IMG/VR virus record: IMGVR_UViG_3300035670_000221
Coordinates: 1-60,804 of that record
Length of the DNA stretch: 60,804 bases
Source of the DNA: a virus
Lineage: Duplodnaviria > Caudoviricetes
Direction: 5' to 3' (one strand)
Shown here: piece after piece, positions 45,401 through 53,556 of the stretch
Layout of the letters: the number at the start of each line of letters is the position of its first letter
How positions within the stretch are numbered: the first letter of the stretch is position 1
The notes under the pieces: generated by a model
Seen by the model: the letters and a program-made list of their open reading frames with translations, nothing else
Told to the model about the DNA's origin: nothing
Databases searched by the model: none
Position numbers and translations under genes: made by a program

Positions 45401-47787
45401 CGATTAAAGCTACCGCATATAAAACAGGTCAGGCGCGTGTACAAATTGGTACATTTAGATATGCACAGGCTAAGACTAGAATTATTGCCTTCGATGTATC
45501 TAGATTTGGACAGGCACAAACTTATATAAGTAGGTCATTCTGGACTCACGGACAGGCGCGAACACAAATTAAGCAGACTTATCCACTATTTAGTATAGAT
45601 ACTAACTATGCTACAGCAGCCTACGGGGCAACAATTACTGCTAGCCCTGACTACACAGTAGAGGGCGCAGTAGAAAATATCATAGACAGTAGCGCAATTA
45701 GTTATTGGGAAAGCCTTGTAATCTTCGATGTAGGGGCCGAAGACCCCTATATGTATGTTACAATTGATTTAGGAACCAACAGACCAATTTCTGCATTCTC
45801 TATACTAGCTAGTAAATACAATGCTACCGTTGAAGTACAATACAATGAGTACGGATGGGGCAATTACTGGGTAACTCTTGACACCGTTACATTCCCTGTA
45901 AGCGTAGGAGAAGACCTTGATCCCGTAGCTAACACGGTTCATAGATCATTCCCAACACTTAATAAGAGACTATGGAGATTAAAGATCACCAATGGTGGGG
46001 ATGACAGTAGAATAGCCATAAACACATGGCAACTAGGTAGTTACTCTATAAAGGGCGCGACTTTCGCCCAAGCCTTGGCGCAATTAGGTAGATTTGGTCA
46101 TGCACAAGCAGGGTACTATATTAGCCCAGGTTTAGGTACCCAAATAGGTCAGGCTAAGGCACAAATAGTACAAACTTATCGGGTATCTGGTCAGTCTTAT
46201 GCATTTATCATACCGCCAACTTATTTTGGTAATGCGCAAGCATCTATTATCCAAGTATACCAACGCTATGCAAGCACTATAGCGTGGATTCTGCCTCCAA
46301 CAGCCTACGCTCAGGCTCTAGCAACCATTCATGCCTATGATGTTAACAACATTGGACAGGCTATTGTTAGCGTGCTTACCCAGTATTCTGTGGAGGGTCA
46401 GGCAGAAGCCAGTATCATCAAGAGTGCCGGATATGCTACAACACAGGTCGCAATATTTAGACGAACATTTATATTTAGTCAGAGCATGGTATCTGTTGGG
46501 CACTTCCAGTACGGGCTTGCCATGGCATTTATTGTAGCCCAGTATAAGTACTCCCAATCACTAGCAACTGTTAAACAAACATACCATAAATACTCACAGG
46601 CAGCAGTATCAATCCAAAGATTTGAACGATGGGGATATGCCCTAGCAACTATTCTACAGACCTATAGAAACCCATCGAATACAGGTCACGCACAAGCAGT
46701 AATCAATATGGGTTGGGGACTGGGACAGGCACTAGCCACAGTTATACAGACCTATCGAAAGTACGCTACCACAACAGTTTGGATAGAGGCTACATATGGT
46801 CAACCCGCTCAGGCTCTTACTAGCCTGTTCATAGAAGTATGGCAACTCGCTAACGCTAATGCACATATAGCCGAGAGACACTTTGGAATAGGTAATGCTA
46901 CAACGCAGATCGGATACTTCAAGTATGCTCAAGCTCAGGCACGAATGATAGCGTTCAATGTCCCTAAAGTTGGAAATGCGGGCTGTTATATAAAGGTGGA
47001 CATAAGTATTCCAAATATTATTCCGTCAAGTGATCGAGCATCGTACTTGATAACATTTAATGGAGAGAGAATTCCAGGCTATGTACAAAGTGAGTCGTTT
47101 GACTCAATTCTAAATATAGTTGGATACAACAATCCATACTATGACGGCTCAATGAGATATCCAGATTATAATTATACACAAAGTTTTGCTGCATACAACG
47201 GACTAGAGAATAAGACAATCACATTGACTGTTATCGTATGGGAGCCTACTTACATGGAGTGCAAGGCACGGGTGCAAGAAGCAGCAACCATTCTAAAGTC
47301 TGCTAGAGGAAAATATAGCAAACTATATATACAAAACTATGATAAGTATTACCTAGCGATGCCAAAGAGCCTTACAATGGAGAAGGAAGCCTACACTAGC
47401 GGCCAAAGGCTAGAGTATCAACTAACATTCGATGCAAAGCCGTGGCTAATAAGTAATGAAACCTATAGCATCCTTAACGCTGTTGGTACAACAGATACAG
47501 GCGCAAGAACGATAGCAGACGGTGGATGGACTCCAACTAAGATCATAGTTTCGGGCACAGATATAGAGATAAGTGGAATGACTGACTCATTAGAGAGTAC
47601 AGGCACGGTAAATATTAGTGGCACAGTTACAGATTTTATTATAGACACAGAAGAATTTACTTCAAGTGATAATAGTGTTATTACTCCGAAGGATTACGGT
47701 ATTTATGTAGGTCCGGGTAGAACAACTTTCCATGTAACGGGCGCTACAAATTGCAGGATTGAATGGAAAAATAGATGGCACTTATAA
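39424..47787 (+). CDS. Giant QA-repeat tail fibre with LamG/PA14/discoidin-like domains and a C-terminal Dit copy (2787 aa)
   Basis: LamG motifs (WTIETWVK, WYHVVLTY, IDELAIFNYELT), two PA14-like units (SVHDDW, ISDDGS), F5/8-like units. Last ~250 aa align with 38633..39391. Confidence 0.82.
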   Translation: MEMYTEYREFGQALALVVGFTDNREDALDFGVLAPLYFSQSPFVFTKSVTDGLEKVRPDGGSPGQNAVAWAKITLPGNKVQNVYIDNFNSSEYPSYAANYDTTYYTAFIGSKTYGIDYDFTIYDEDFNIVSTGNAAPMGDDRIQPSFVRMYATLSPGKTYWIRIDDWHASGGWRIHGEFQQYFPSGNAFVYFYNYNNDDYLRHTVSIYLGDPAQFAQARVLIDSPVKIATGNTRTWITRPDAQAYAMTYVVKPYKFAATQTLIINGYKYAQARVFIRVQGNYAQANARITDTYAIRYAQARVRIAYTGGFANAQTWIETEYYQPAQSATLIVFGGALAQAQASINQSSYVAQAQAYLYSFDQPVHGQALTSTKVETYAWAQAMVWIKLRAYGGALLDTFDRTSTDHLSFNLGMANTGQIWQYAGGYWQEWRAHVYPDSGNLVVENPGTYSYNYVYAKTSPSLPSIKESGTVEFDIYIPAQRYSGYTGYHYMYWYDIDWYFYLYDYSDTTYRMRVNSTSVYLEVTPERETWYSVKVSFDVTGEGSSTYAKAKMWKRGTTEPESWTRILSVYPYTSYYDEPQLYISTPYIRKYDGIYDNPLGLLDNLKITTHFDQYFNQGYANATADILAISDHPAQAQASINQSSYVAQTRVWVKQTYNIYSQAQAWIKKGWGFGLAGAKIKWVPDIYASKVIEDGATHLYGIHIKPYPTEYYWQDEIGNANSIYYYWTYLNTVTSPVRPEKIGAFMNYYREYRRWYDNIVEEFWGDRSWTIETWVKSPQTASYRSTIFDLRAGNSPYYYVTVYFGSNTGGNGNKIVTYFNNPVDVTEYADTGIVYTPNTWYHVVLTYSNKEFKLYVNSELKTTTQRPNWNFNTSSAIFSIHYSGWFGYNSGTSEGLSYDNLAIYPLILTPEQIYDHYLYGVAPTGQALASINQSSYVAQAQARILRTYPNADGPGPFAQAGFLYRTGLCLAQAIVYISPAFDQNVFGQAQARIVGVQFYGQAQAIIHARDGIAARVFDGNANNINDVDILRLWEYYNEIGPLEPQYTYSPLKIPPTGFPTTLGGTISENWGIVWVANFVADEAGVWYFSSVHDDWTYVGIKNWSTGTTTTVINNTGTGTHTGSINLTEGQQYTLVCGFSNGGGPWYIGLKYGRPGKGSAVDYLTDDNPPWIPASSRYKKAQANAWIVYIDPNSGATVWPTFSQANARIQYSNLQAYGQATVQFGTWRPAQAIAQIAYSVTDNYRGVVLADKPIFYFPLDDMSASYSASTYYSAAYLPDLAADGNTNDGWASLGYSAGNTWWQVNWREPQTIQTVTVTNRPNYTMGSGRILFSDGSSFSVTFPSAARGVSNYSTPVTNVTWMRLISDSGGNTNPGFSEVEAFNGDTRNLVRWPIISGIEIEPTKLKTIVGRRDATWSSTINPTGTLNTAVGFGGAVDFNNMDAVVPAINSGTTGETLTFPGTWKTESSSFKLSTQFWLNAGDTVTIDLTNVYCSGYNISLGLWKTNDGSTSENTYAYIGSGPITGTFTRTATQTGIHYIYIYTSGGQSYPPTGSGTISYPNYNIESSLPITDGSPITVEFWLNYDGQDQKMVLGFTHYDIFLRNTGAIGFNDGAGNHWGTLGISANNWHHVAAVMYTGQAANVANKIYIDGVQKTLSWISGTGINVRYFSERFVLGGWNSNTSYRATFPIDELAIFNYELTAEQILNHYQARKNQGYAIAQARIIAFDVPQVAQAQAQFGTWRPAQALAKINAFDWPQQGQAQTLISTRYGLTRMTWTSLSSNEPERWGVGNIYRYDIEGIRGYPNYSEYGENPTSWIRDDDWGMAWSVRFTADATGTWQFQTISDDGSEVRIDGAIVVNNNFGGGQGSTTRSGSITLTQGQEYNLHARWGQGGGPWNITIQYKRPTDLSWQYLTSNNPPWILEYFYAGFGQAQVYTQKGIRYEGVGQAQARLIAFGVEGVGQALTTILRPYRVYAQALVQLTTSYHPAQAKVSIKATAYKTGQARVQIGTFRYAQAKTRIIAFDVSRFGQAQTYISRSFWTHGQARTQIKQTYPLFSIDTNYATAAYGATITASPDYTVEGAVENIIDSSAISYWESLVIFDVGAEDPYMYVTIDLGTNRPISAFSILASKYNATVEVQYNEYGWGNYWVTLDTVTFPVSVGEDLDPVANTVHRSFPTLNKRLWRLKITNGGDDSRIAINTWQLGSYSIKGATFAQALAQLGRFGHAQAGYYISPGLGTQIGQAKAQIVQTYRVSGQSYAFIIPPTYFGNAQASIIQVYQRYASTIAWILPPTAYAQALATIHAYDVNNIGQAIVSVLTQYSVEGQAEASIIKSAGYATTQVAIFRRTFIFSQSMVSVGHFQYGLAMAFIVAQYKYSQSLATVKQTYHKYSQAAVSIQRFERWGYALATILQTYRNPSNTGHAQAVINMGWGLGQALATVIQTYRKYATTTVWIEATYGQPAQALTSLFIEVWQLANANAHIAERHFGIGNATTQIGYFKYAQAQARMIAFNVPKVGNAGCYIKVDISIPNIIPSSDRASYLITFNGERIPGYVQSESFDSILNIVGYNNPYYDGSMRYPDYNYTQSFAAYNGLENKTITLTVIVWEPTYMECKARVQEAATILKSARGKYSKLYIQNYDKYYLAMPKSLTMEKEAYTSGQRLEYQLTFDAKPWLISNETYSILNAVGTTDTGARTIADGGWTPTKIIVSGTDIEISGMTDSLESTGTVNISGTVTDFIIDTEEFTSSDNSVITPKDYGIYVGPGRTTFHVTGATNCRIEWKNRWHL

Positions 47788-47796
47788 GGTGAAAAT

Positions 47797-50700
47797 ATGT
47801 TACAGATAAGAATAGTTACTCCAAACTTTGAATATGGGATTGCCTTTGATAATCCTGTAATACTTGAGAACGCTACTGATATTACTTTGTCTAAGACTGT
47901 AAATTCAAGCGACGAAGGCATTCAATTCTCTTTCCCCCTTAATGATCCTAAAAATCAATTTATAGATTATACCAAATGGTGGGAGTGCTGGGATACCAAG
48001 ATCAACCAGCGTATCAATTACGGCCCTATACACTCTATACAGAGAGTAAGTGGAGAAGCAAAGCAGATCAGCGGGCCGGGTAGGTCAGCGATACTAGCCG
48101 ATCATTATAGAAGTTTACAGTCATTCTATCAGCCAATTGATCAGTTCCTAGATGACTTAAGATTTGAGAATTTATCTATACAGCCAAGAACAAGAACAAA
48201 TATTAATAACTATCTAGAAGATGATATAGATAGTAGTAGAGATGACTATTATAGAGTTAGTTTAAATAGCAAAGATTTTGCTATCGATGAGCAAACAGGT
48301 TATATAGCAATTGGTAAGGATGCCCCCGCTAGAGGGCAAATAAAAACTAATCAACATTGGGCCGGTACTTATAAATCAGATTGGCTAGAGATTGATTTAG
48401 GTAGAAAAGCAGCAATAACTAAAGTTAAAGTACTACTACCTTGGTGGGGAGGGGCCACCAATAATACTACAAGAGCCTATGATTGGAAATGGCAGTATTC
48501 AGCAGATAATGCAAATCTTTGGAATTTATATGGGGATGACTATCCTCTATATAGAAGTTGGACTAATGTATATCAATCTCCAATACCTAATTATGAAGTT
48601 TTAAGGCCCCCTGATGGAAAAATTTTATATTTTGGTGACGATGGATATGAAAGAAATCAATATACCGCTAGTGGTAGCCCTATATACGCTAGATTTTGGA
48701 GACTAAGTATAACAAATACTCATGCTTGGTACACTAAAGCAGATGGTACTAAGTCTGATCAGTATAATTGGGAGTGTAGAGGCAGCAATGTGTTCTTGGG
48801 CAAAAGTAAGAAATCACCGCGCCCATCTAAAGGTCCAATTATTCCGACAACGGGAGTCAATACATATAGCGATTGCTACGCTTCGGCAGTAGAGATAAGT
48901 TTATTTAAAACTATTTTAGATAGAGATGAGTTAACTGATATTATTTATCAAGAAATTCAGAATGATAGTAAACAAATAACTTATAATCGAACAGTCTTGG
49001 CAGAGGAAATGAGAAATCATACCTTTAAACAATCAGATGGTTTAAAGGTAGCCGGTAAGAAGTTTGAGCCTGGAACATTCTTTAGACGGGGCTATATGTC
49101 TGGAACAACTGTAGATGTTTATGATGAGTTTAATCATAAAATTTGGAATGATTTAACAAATAGGAATTTCAAAACTCCTGCTTTCAGTAGATTATTAAAG
49201 TTTAATAAAACAAGTGCTAGAGTTATGTCTATTGATGCATGGAGGGGTAGGCTTGATCCTTACTCTCACGGAGGAAGTTATGTATATTGTACCGAACAAA
49301 ATGATTCAGCAGTTATAGATTTTAGAGGAATTTCTTTCAAGTGGTATGCAACTGTTCCTGATACTAGTCCTATTGTTACAAATCCAGACGGTAGACAAGT
49401 TGGACAGGGGTTTGTTAAGATTGAAATTAGGTCTAAAACTGGTGGAGTACACTCGCACCCACCATCAGCCAGAACATTGAAAGCAAATCCTAAGGCACCT
49501 ACATGGATTGACCCTGTAACAGAATGGAGTGCGTGGGAAACATTAGAGGATAATTTCCCTGTACCTGTAGGAGTAAGCGGTGAAAAGATATGGGAGATTA
49601 CTCCCGAGTCAGAAATTCTTGAAAGAGATAAGTCTTATCAAATTAGAATAACTAATTTAAATGCAGGATTTGTTTCTATTGATGCTTTTGCTGGATACTG
49701 GTCAGGCTCAATGCATGAATTAAATGAAGATGACGAACGCATAGCTTTGAATAGACCAACAGAAATAAGACAGTACTTTCATAAAAAATATACAGGTGGT
49801 AGTGTTTATGGATGGAGAAAGTCTTTAACCACAGGGACTAAGCAATCTTTATCATTTGTAGGAGATAGAGTAATTATTTATTCTAGAAAGGGTCCAAATT
49901 ATGGTGTAATTGAAATACAAATGAGCGCTTATGGCTATGACTCTAATGGTAATTATATTTCTGGAGTATTACGAATACCTACAGGTACAGTAGAAGTTAA
50001 CGATGTAGATGTACCTACTTATAATTCTGACGGTAGGATATCTATTAATTTAAATAGGTCTACCGAAATTCCACAATATGTAGTATTTGATAGTAATGAT
50101 TATTTTACAAACGGGCTACCTTGGGGACGATACACGGTTTATGTTATTAAAGACTCTAAAACTGGTCCTATTTGGATAGATGGCATGTCTGTACATGAGA
50201 CTAATGGGCTTAGTGTTAAGTTCTTAAATACTTCTTATTTGGATATCCTTAAGTCTACAGCCGAAGCACTTCAAATGGAGTGGGAAATAACTGAGAGAGG
50301 GTTACGGGTAACTCCTAGAATTGGATATGATACAAACTTTGTTGCAGCCGAAGGAAGGGGCGCTACAATTAAAATAGATGAGGCCGATGATGTTAGTAAG
50401 GTAGCAACCATGCTCCTAACTACGGGCGCAGATATTGAGGGTCTACCATTATGGACACTAACAGAAAATAAAACCAATAGAGATATAATGGGTAGAACAG
50501 TACAAAGAGAGTACGATTCACTAAGAAATGTAGCCGATTACTACACGCTTATCGGTGTATCTAGAGGAGAATTACTTAGAAGGCGGGAACCAGAAAGAAG
50601 AATAACTGTAACAACCTCTGATATTAGTAACCTACAACCGGGGGATACATTTATTGTTAAGACTCCTGAATTAGAAAAGCGGGTGCGTGCAAATACTATT

Positions 50701-50886
50701 TCTAGAACACAAGGCAGTAATGGAACAGAGTATACAATAGAGTGTACTTCGTGGCCTATTGAGCCTATTGTTCCTAGAACTATTGCTGGAAAGTCCTCCT
50801 TCCCTATTGTACCAATAGAGGAAAGAATACTCCCATCCGATCCGTATTACGGGGAGTATTATAAGAAAGTTACAGATGTATTTTAA
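47797..50886 (+). CDS. Tal/baseplate hub-like protein with inserted carbohydrate-binding-like domains
   Basis: Position after Dit. WLEIDLG discoidin motif, two galactose-binding-like inserts (FRG/FVG), C-terminal LQPGD OB-like region. Confidence 0.7.
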   Translation: MLQIRIVTPNFEYGIAFDNPVILENATDITLSKTVNSSDEGIQFSFPLNDPKNQFIDYTKWWECWDTKINQRINYGPIHSIQRVSGEAKQISGPGRSAILADHYRSLQSFYQPIDQFLDDLRFENLSIQPRTRTNINNYLEDDIDSSRDDYYRVSLNSKDFAIDEQTGYIAIGKDAPARGQIKTNQHWAGTYKSDWLEIDLGRKAAITKVKVLLPWWGGATNNTTRAYDWKWQYSADNANLWNLYGDDYPLYRSWTNVYQSPIPNYEVLRPPDGKILYFGDDGYERNQYTASGSPIYARFWRLSITNTHAWYTKADGTKSDQYNWECRGSNVFLGKSKKSPRPSKGPIIPTTGVNTYSDCYASAVEISLFKTILDRDELTDIIYQEIQNDSKQITYNRTVLAEEMRNHTFKQSDGLKVAGKKFEPGTFFRRGYMSGTTVDVYDEFNHKIWNDLTNRNFKTPAFSRLLKFNKTSARVMSIDAWRGRLDPYSHGGSYVYCTEQNDSAVIDFRGISFKWYATVPDTSPIVTNPDGRQVGQGFVKIEIRSKTGGVHSHPPSARTLKANPKAPTWIDPVTEWSAWETLEDNFPVPVGVSGEKIWEITPESEILERDKSYQIRITNLNAGFVSIDAFAGYWSGSMHELNEDDERIALNRPTEIRQYFHKKYTGGSVYGWRKSLTTGTKQSLSFVGDRVIIYSRKGPNYGVIEIQMSAYGYDSNGNYISGVLRIPTGTVEVNDVDVPTYNSDGRISINLNRSTEIPQYVVFDSNDYFTNGLPWGRYTVYVIKDSKTGPIWIDGMSVHETNGLSVKFLNTSYLDILKSTAEALQMEWEITERGLRVTPRIGYDTNFVAAEGRGATIKIDEADDVSKVATMLLTTGADIEGLPLWTLTENKTNRDIMGRTVQREYDSLRNVADYYTLIGVSRGELLRRREPERRITVTTSDISNLQPGDTFIVKTPELEKRVRANTISRTQGSNGTEYTIECTSWPIEPIVPRTIAGKSSFPIVPIEERILPSDPYYGEYYKKVTDVF

Positions 50887-50900
50887 TTGGACTTGATTTT

Positions 50901-51131
50901 ATGATAAATGATAGCTTAGTACAAGTTGGCAAAGATTTTGATAAGGATAAGAAAAGTACAAAGCATGTTACAAATAGGGTGACAAAAGTTGGCCCAATTG
51001 TAGAAAAGTGCAAAGATTTAGTTGGAGTTTTATATACATACTCTATGGAATTTTATACTTATGGAGAGCAGAATGTAAGTTTAACTATAACATTTGATCC
51101 TAAGTATAACAATATTTTCTATGGTAATTAA
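50901..51131 (+). CDS. Tail-tip small protein (anchor module only)
   Basis: Paralogous to the N-termini of the next two ORFs. Confidence 0.55.
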   Translation: MINDSLVQVGKDFDKDKKSTKHVTNRVTKVGPIVEKCKDLVGVLYTYSMEFYTYGEQNVSLTITFDPKYNNIFYGN

Positions 51132-51132
51132 C

Positions 51133-51924
51133 ATGGCTAGAATTATACAAAACTTTCCTAGAACTGAGCGTCGAACTGATATTGTGGATTTAGTAAATCC
51201 ATATATAAAAGAATTTGATGCTAATAATTCCTCTGTAAGTTTAGATATAAATTTAAATCCTAAGTCTATGCCATGTAGTGTAAACCCCCCTATCCGCCCT
51301 GATAGTTATGCTCGCGTTAAATATGGTGGAGATTACACGCGGCCAGAAACTTGTACTTCCGATGCTTGCTGCGACGGGACAATTACAGCATTTTATATTG
51401 TTGATGGTATAGAACAAATAGGGGGCTATACAACTAATGGTACATCTATAACTGTTCCAGAAGATGGGTGTTATTATGTGCGTATTAAGGGAGGCGGCTG
51501 GGGAATTAGTTATTTTATGGGCGCGCAAACAGAATTAATACTTTACCATAATGGTTCTGCAATTGCCTCAGGTAATAGAGTAACTACAGGATATATTGCA
51601 CTACTTGGTCCGGTAATTTATTATACTCCACCAGTTTCTAATCTATTTGCTGTAATTGAAGCCAAGGCTGGAGATACTATTTCTGCTTCGATGAATGCAA
51701 GTGGGTTTTCTTTATGTTATGGGTGGGTAGCAGGGACTTATTTAAGAGGGTCATTCCAAGTTTATACTAGTGAAATGGAGGTCATACTAATAGCCTCTGC
51801 TGAGAATGTTCTAGCATCTCCTCCCGAGCCTCCTCTGGAATATCCAGAAGGAACTGTTGTTGATCCAATTGAGGCTAGAATAACGCTCTTAAATCCCGCT
51901 AATAGTCAAACATTAATAGGTTAA
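51133..51924 (+). CDS. Tail-tip/receptor-binding-like protein
   Basis: ATG 51133. Anchor module followed by a C1q/TNF-like ITVPEDGCYYV beta domain. Confidence 0.55.
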   Translation: MARIIQNFPRTERRTDIVDLVNPYIKEFDANNSSVSLDINLNPKSMPCSVNPPIRPDSYARVKYGGDYTRPETCTSDACCDGTITAFYIVDGIEQIGGYTTNGTSITVPEDGCYYVRIKGGGWGISYFMGAQTELILYHNGSAIASGNRVTTGYIALLGPVIYYTPPVSNLFAVIEAKAGDTISASMNASGFSLCYGWVAGTYLRGSFQVYTSEMEVILIASAENVLASPPEPPLEYPEGTVVDPIEARITLLNPANSQTLIG

Positions 51925-51928
51925 ATAT

Positions 51929-53056
51929 ATGAATGAATTACAAAATATAGGAAAAAGTCTAGCTAAAACTAGAAAAAGTAAACAACAAAATGAACGCCGT
52001 ATAACTAAAAATACTCCAACAGTAGAGCGAAAACTGGATATTATTGCCTCTGATACTAATTATGTATTAGAATTTCCTTATAGAAACGCTAATAATGTAA
52101 TGTTAAATATATATATCAAACCTGATAATTGTTGTGAATGTCTGAAAGGTTATACACCAGAAGGGAGACAGGCTTGGGGAGATATAACGGGTTATGAAGG
52201 AGTTCCGCCTCCAACTAGTATCCCATCGGATATCCCTGCCTCTGGTGGAGCGGAAGCAAACTACACAGGACCGGTATCAGATGGTTTATACCATCAAAAT
52301 ATTCTTAGTAACATTGGAACAGCAGGAGTAGACGATAGTTCTTGGTTCGCATATCCCGGCTACCCTTTCTTTCATTTACTAGATGGTTGGGATACCAATC
52401 CGGTTAATAGATACGGTGATTTTACTTCTACTAGTATGTCATTAATTACTCCTACAGACGGAGTTTATTTAATAAAGTATACTGCTAATGTAACAGGAGT
52501 AACTACAAATACTAGTAAAGTAACTGCTGCTATAAGAACGAGGGCCAATGGTACAGATGAATGGATAAATTCTTCTACTAAAATATTTTCTATTGAGAAA
52601 GGAAACTTAGGGGAAGATTTTGAATACGGAGTAAACGGTAGACTTTATTTGAACATATTAATTTATGCTATATGCTATCCATTAAAAGCCTTAGAAGAGG
52701 TAGCGGGGTGGATTAAAGCAGAAGATGTTCTTTACTGGAATCCTATGGGTCTTGGAAATGGTAGACTTGAGGTAACTTTAGTTGGAGAGGGTTATGGTAT
52801 AATAACAGGCATAATTACAGACAATGCAACTGGGCTACCTTTAGTTGGCGTTGATGTATATCTAGATTATGATATTGCTAGAGAGCCAGCGTACACAGAT
52901 GAGACTGGAAGATATACATTCTACAATGTGCGCCCAGGTCAGCAAAAAGTAACTGCTTCCAAGTCTAATACTGATGGTTATATAGCACAAACTCAAATGG
53001 CTACAGTTAAAATAAATGAAATTACTACTTTAGGTTTCTTATTAACACATTTATAG
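51929..53056 (+). CDS. Tail-tip protein with C-terminal carboxypeptidase-regulatory-like domain
   Basis: Anchor module, ITPTDGVYLI domain, GIITGIITD..G.PL.GV.V...TDETGRYTF.NV.PG. Confidence 0.62.
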   Translation: MNELQNIGKSLAKTRKSKQQNERRITKNTPTVERKLDIIASDTNYVLEFPYRNANNVMLNIYIKPDNCCECLKGYTPEGRQAWGDITGYEGVPPPTSIPSDIPASGGAEANYTGPVSDGLYHQNILSNIGTAGVDDSSWFAYPGYPFFHLLDGWDTNPVNRYGDFTSTSMSLITPTDGVYLIKYTANVTGVTTNTSKVTAAIRTRANGTDEWINSSTKIFSIEKGNLGEDFEYGVNGRLYLNILIYAICYPLKALEEVAGWIKAEDVLYWNPMGLGNGRLEVTLVGEGYGIITGIITDNATGLPLVGVDVYLDYDIAREPAYTDETGRYTFYNVRPGQQKVTASKSNTDGYIAQTQMATVKINEITTLGFLLTHL

Positions 53057-53065
53057 GAGATAATT

Positions 53066-53326
53066 ATGGCATATCCAACAGGATTAAAAATATTTATTGA
53101 TGACGAGGACTGTACTTATTATATATTTGGGGATAATACATTTACTCCCGACGATGAAAATAATGTTTTCAGAGGTATAGATATAACTCCGTACCTTAGA
53201 TCAATAGATAATATTTCAAACGATAAAAACTACAAGCCCAATCCACAGGGCGCAAATGTACACAAGATTGAAATTACCGCAGAAGATGGAAACGGGCGCG
53301 TGGAATGTAGAGTTGAGGTTCGGTAG
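53066..53326 (+). CDS. Hypothetical tail-tip protein
   Basis: AGGAG RBS. LKIFID...DITPYL...HKIEIT. Confidence 0.55.
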   Translation: MAYPTGLKIFIDDEDCTYYIFGDNTFTPDDENNVFRGIDITPYLRSIDNISNDKNYKPNPQGANVHKIEITAEDGNGRVECRVEVR

Positions 53327-53331
53327 GTATT

Positions 53332-53556
53332 ATGGTAAAATGGACTATAGAATCCTCCTTAGATAGAGAATACATCTATGAGAAAGCAGCAATGCTTGGA
53401 TGGTTTGACGATCCACCAAGAGTACAAGTACGAGAGTATATTGGTATGGAGGGACGCTGGTATCTAATAGAACCGTATGAAGAGGAATGCAATTGCCCTA
53501 GTTTGATACGCCCAACGAAAGCGTTGGCAAGTAGGTTAGGTAAAGGAGAGCAATGA
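53332..53556 (+). CDS. Hypothetical protein
   Basis: 74-aa ORF coupled to neighbours. Confidence 0.55.
   Translation: MVKWTIESSLDREYIYEKAAMLGWFDDPPRVQVREYIGMEGRWYLIEPYEEECNCPSLIRPTKALASRLGKGEQ

Noticed and set aside
2-47787. Diversity-generating retroelement or invertible shufflon acting on the fibres
   Set aside because: No reverse transcriptase, recombinase, inverted cassettes or adenine-specific TR/VR pair was seen in the window.
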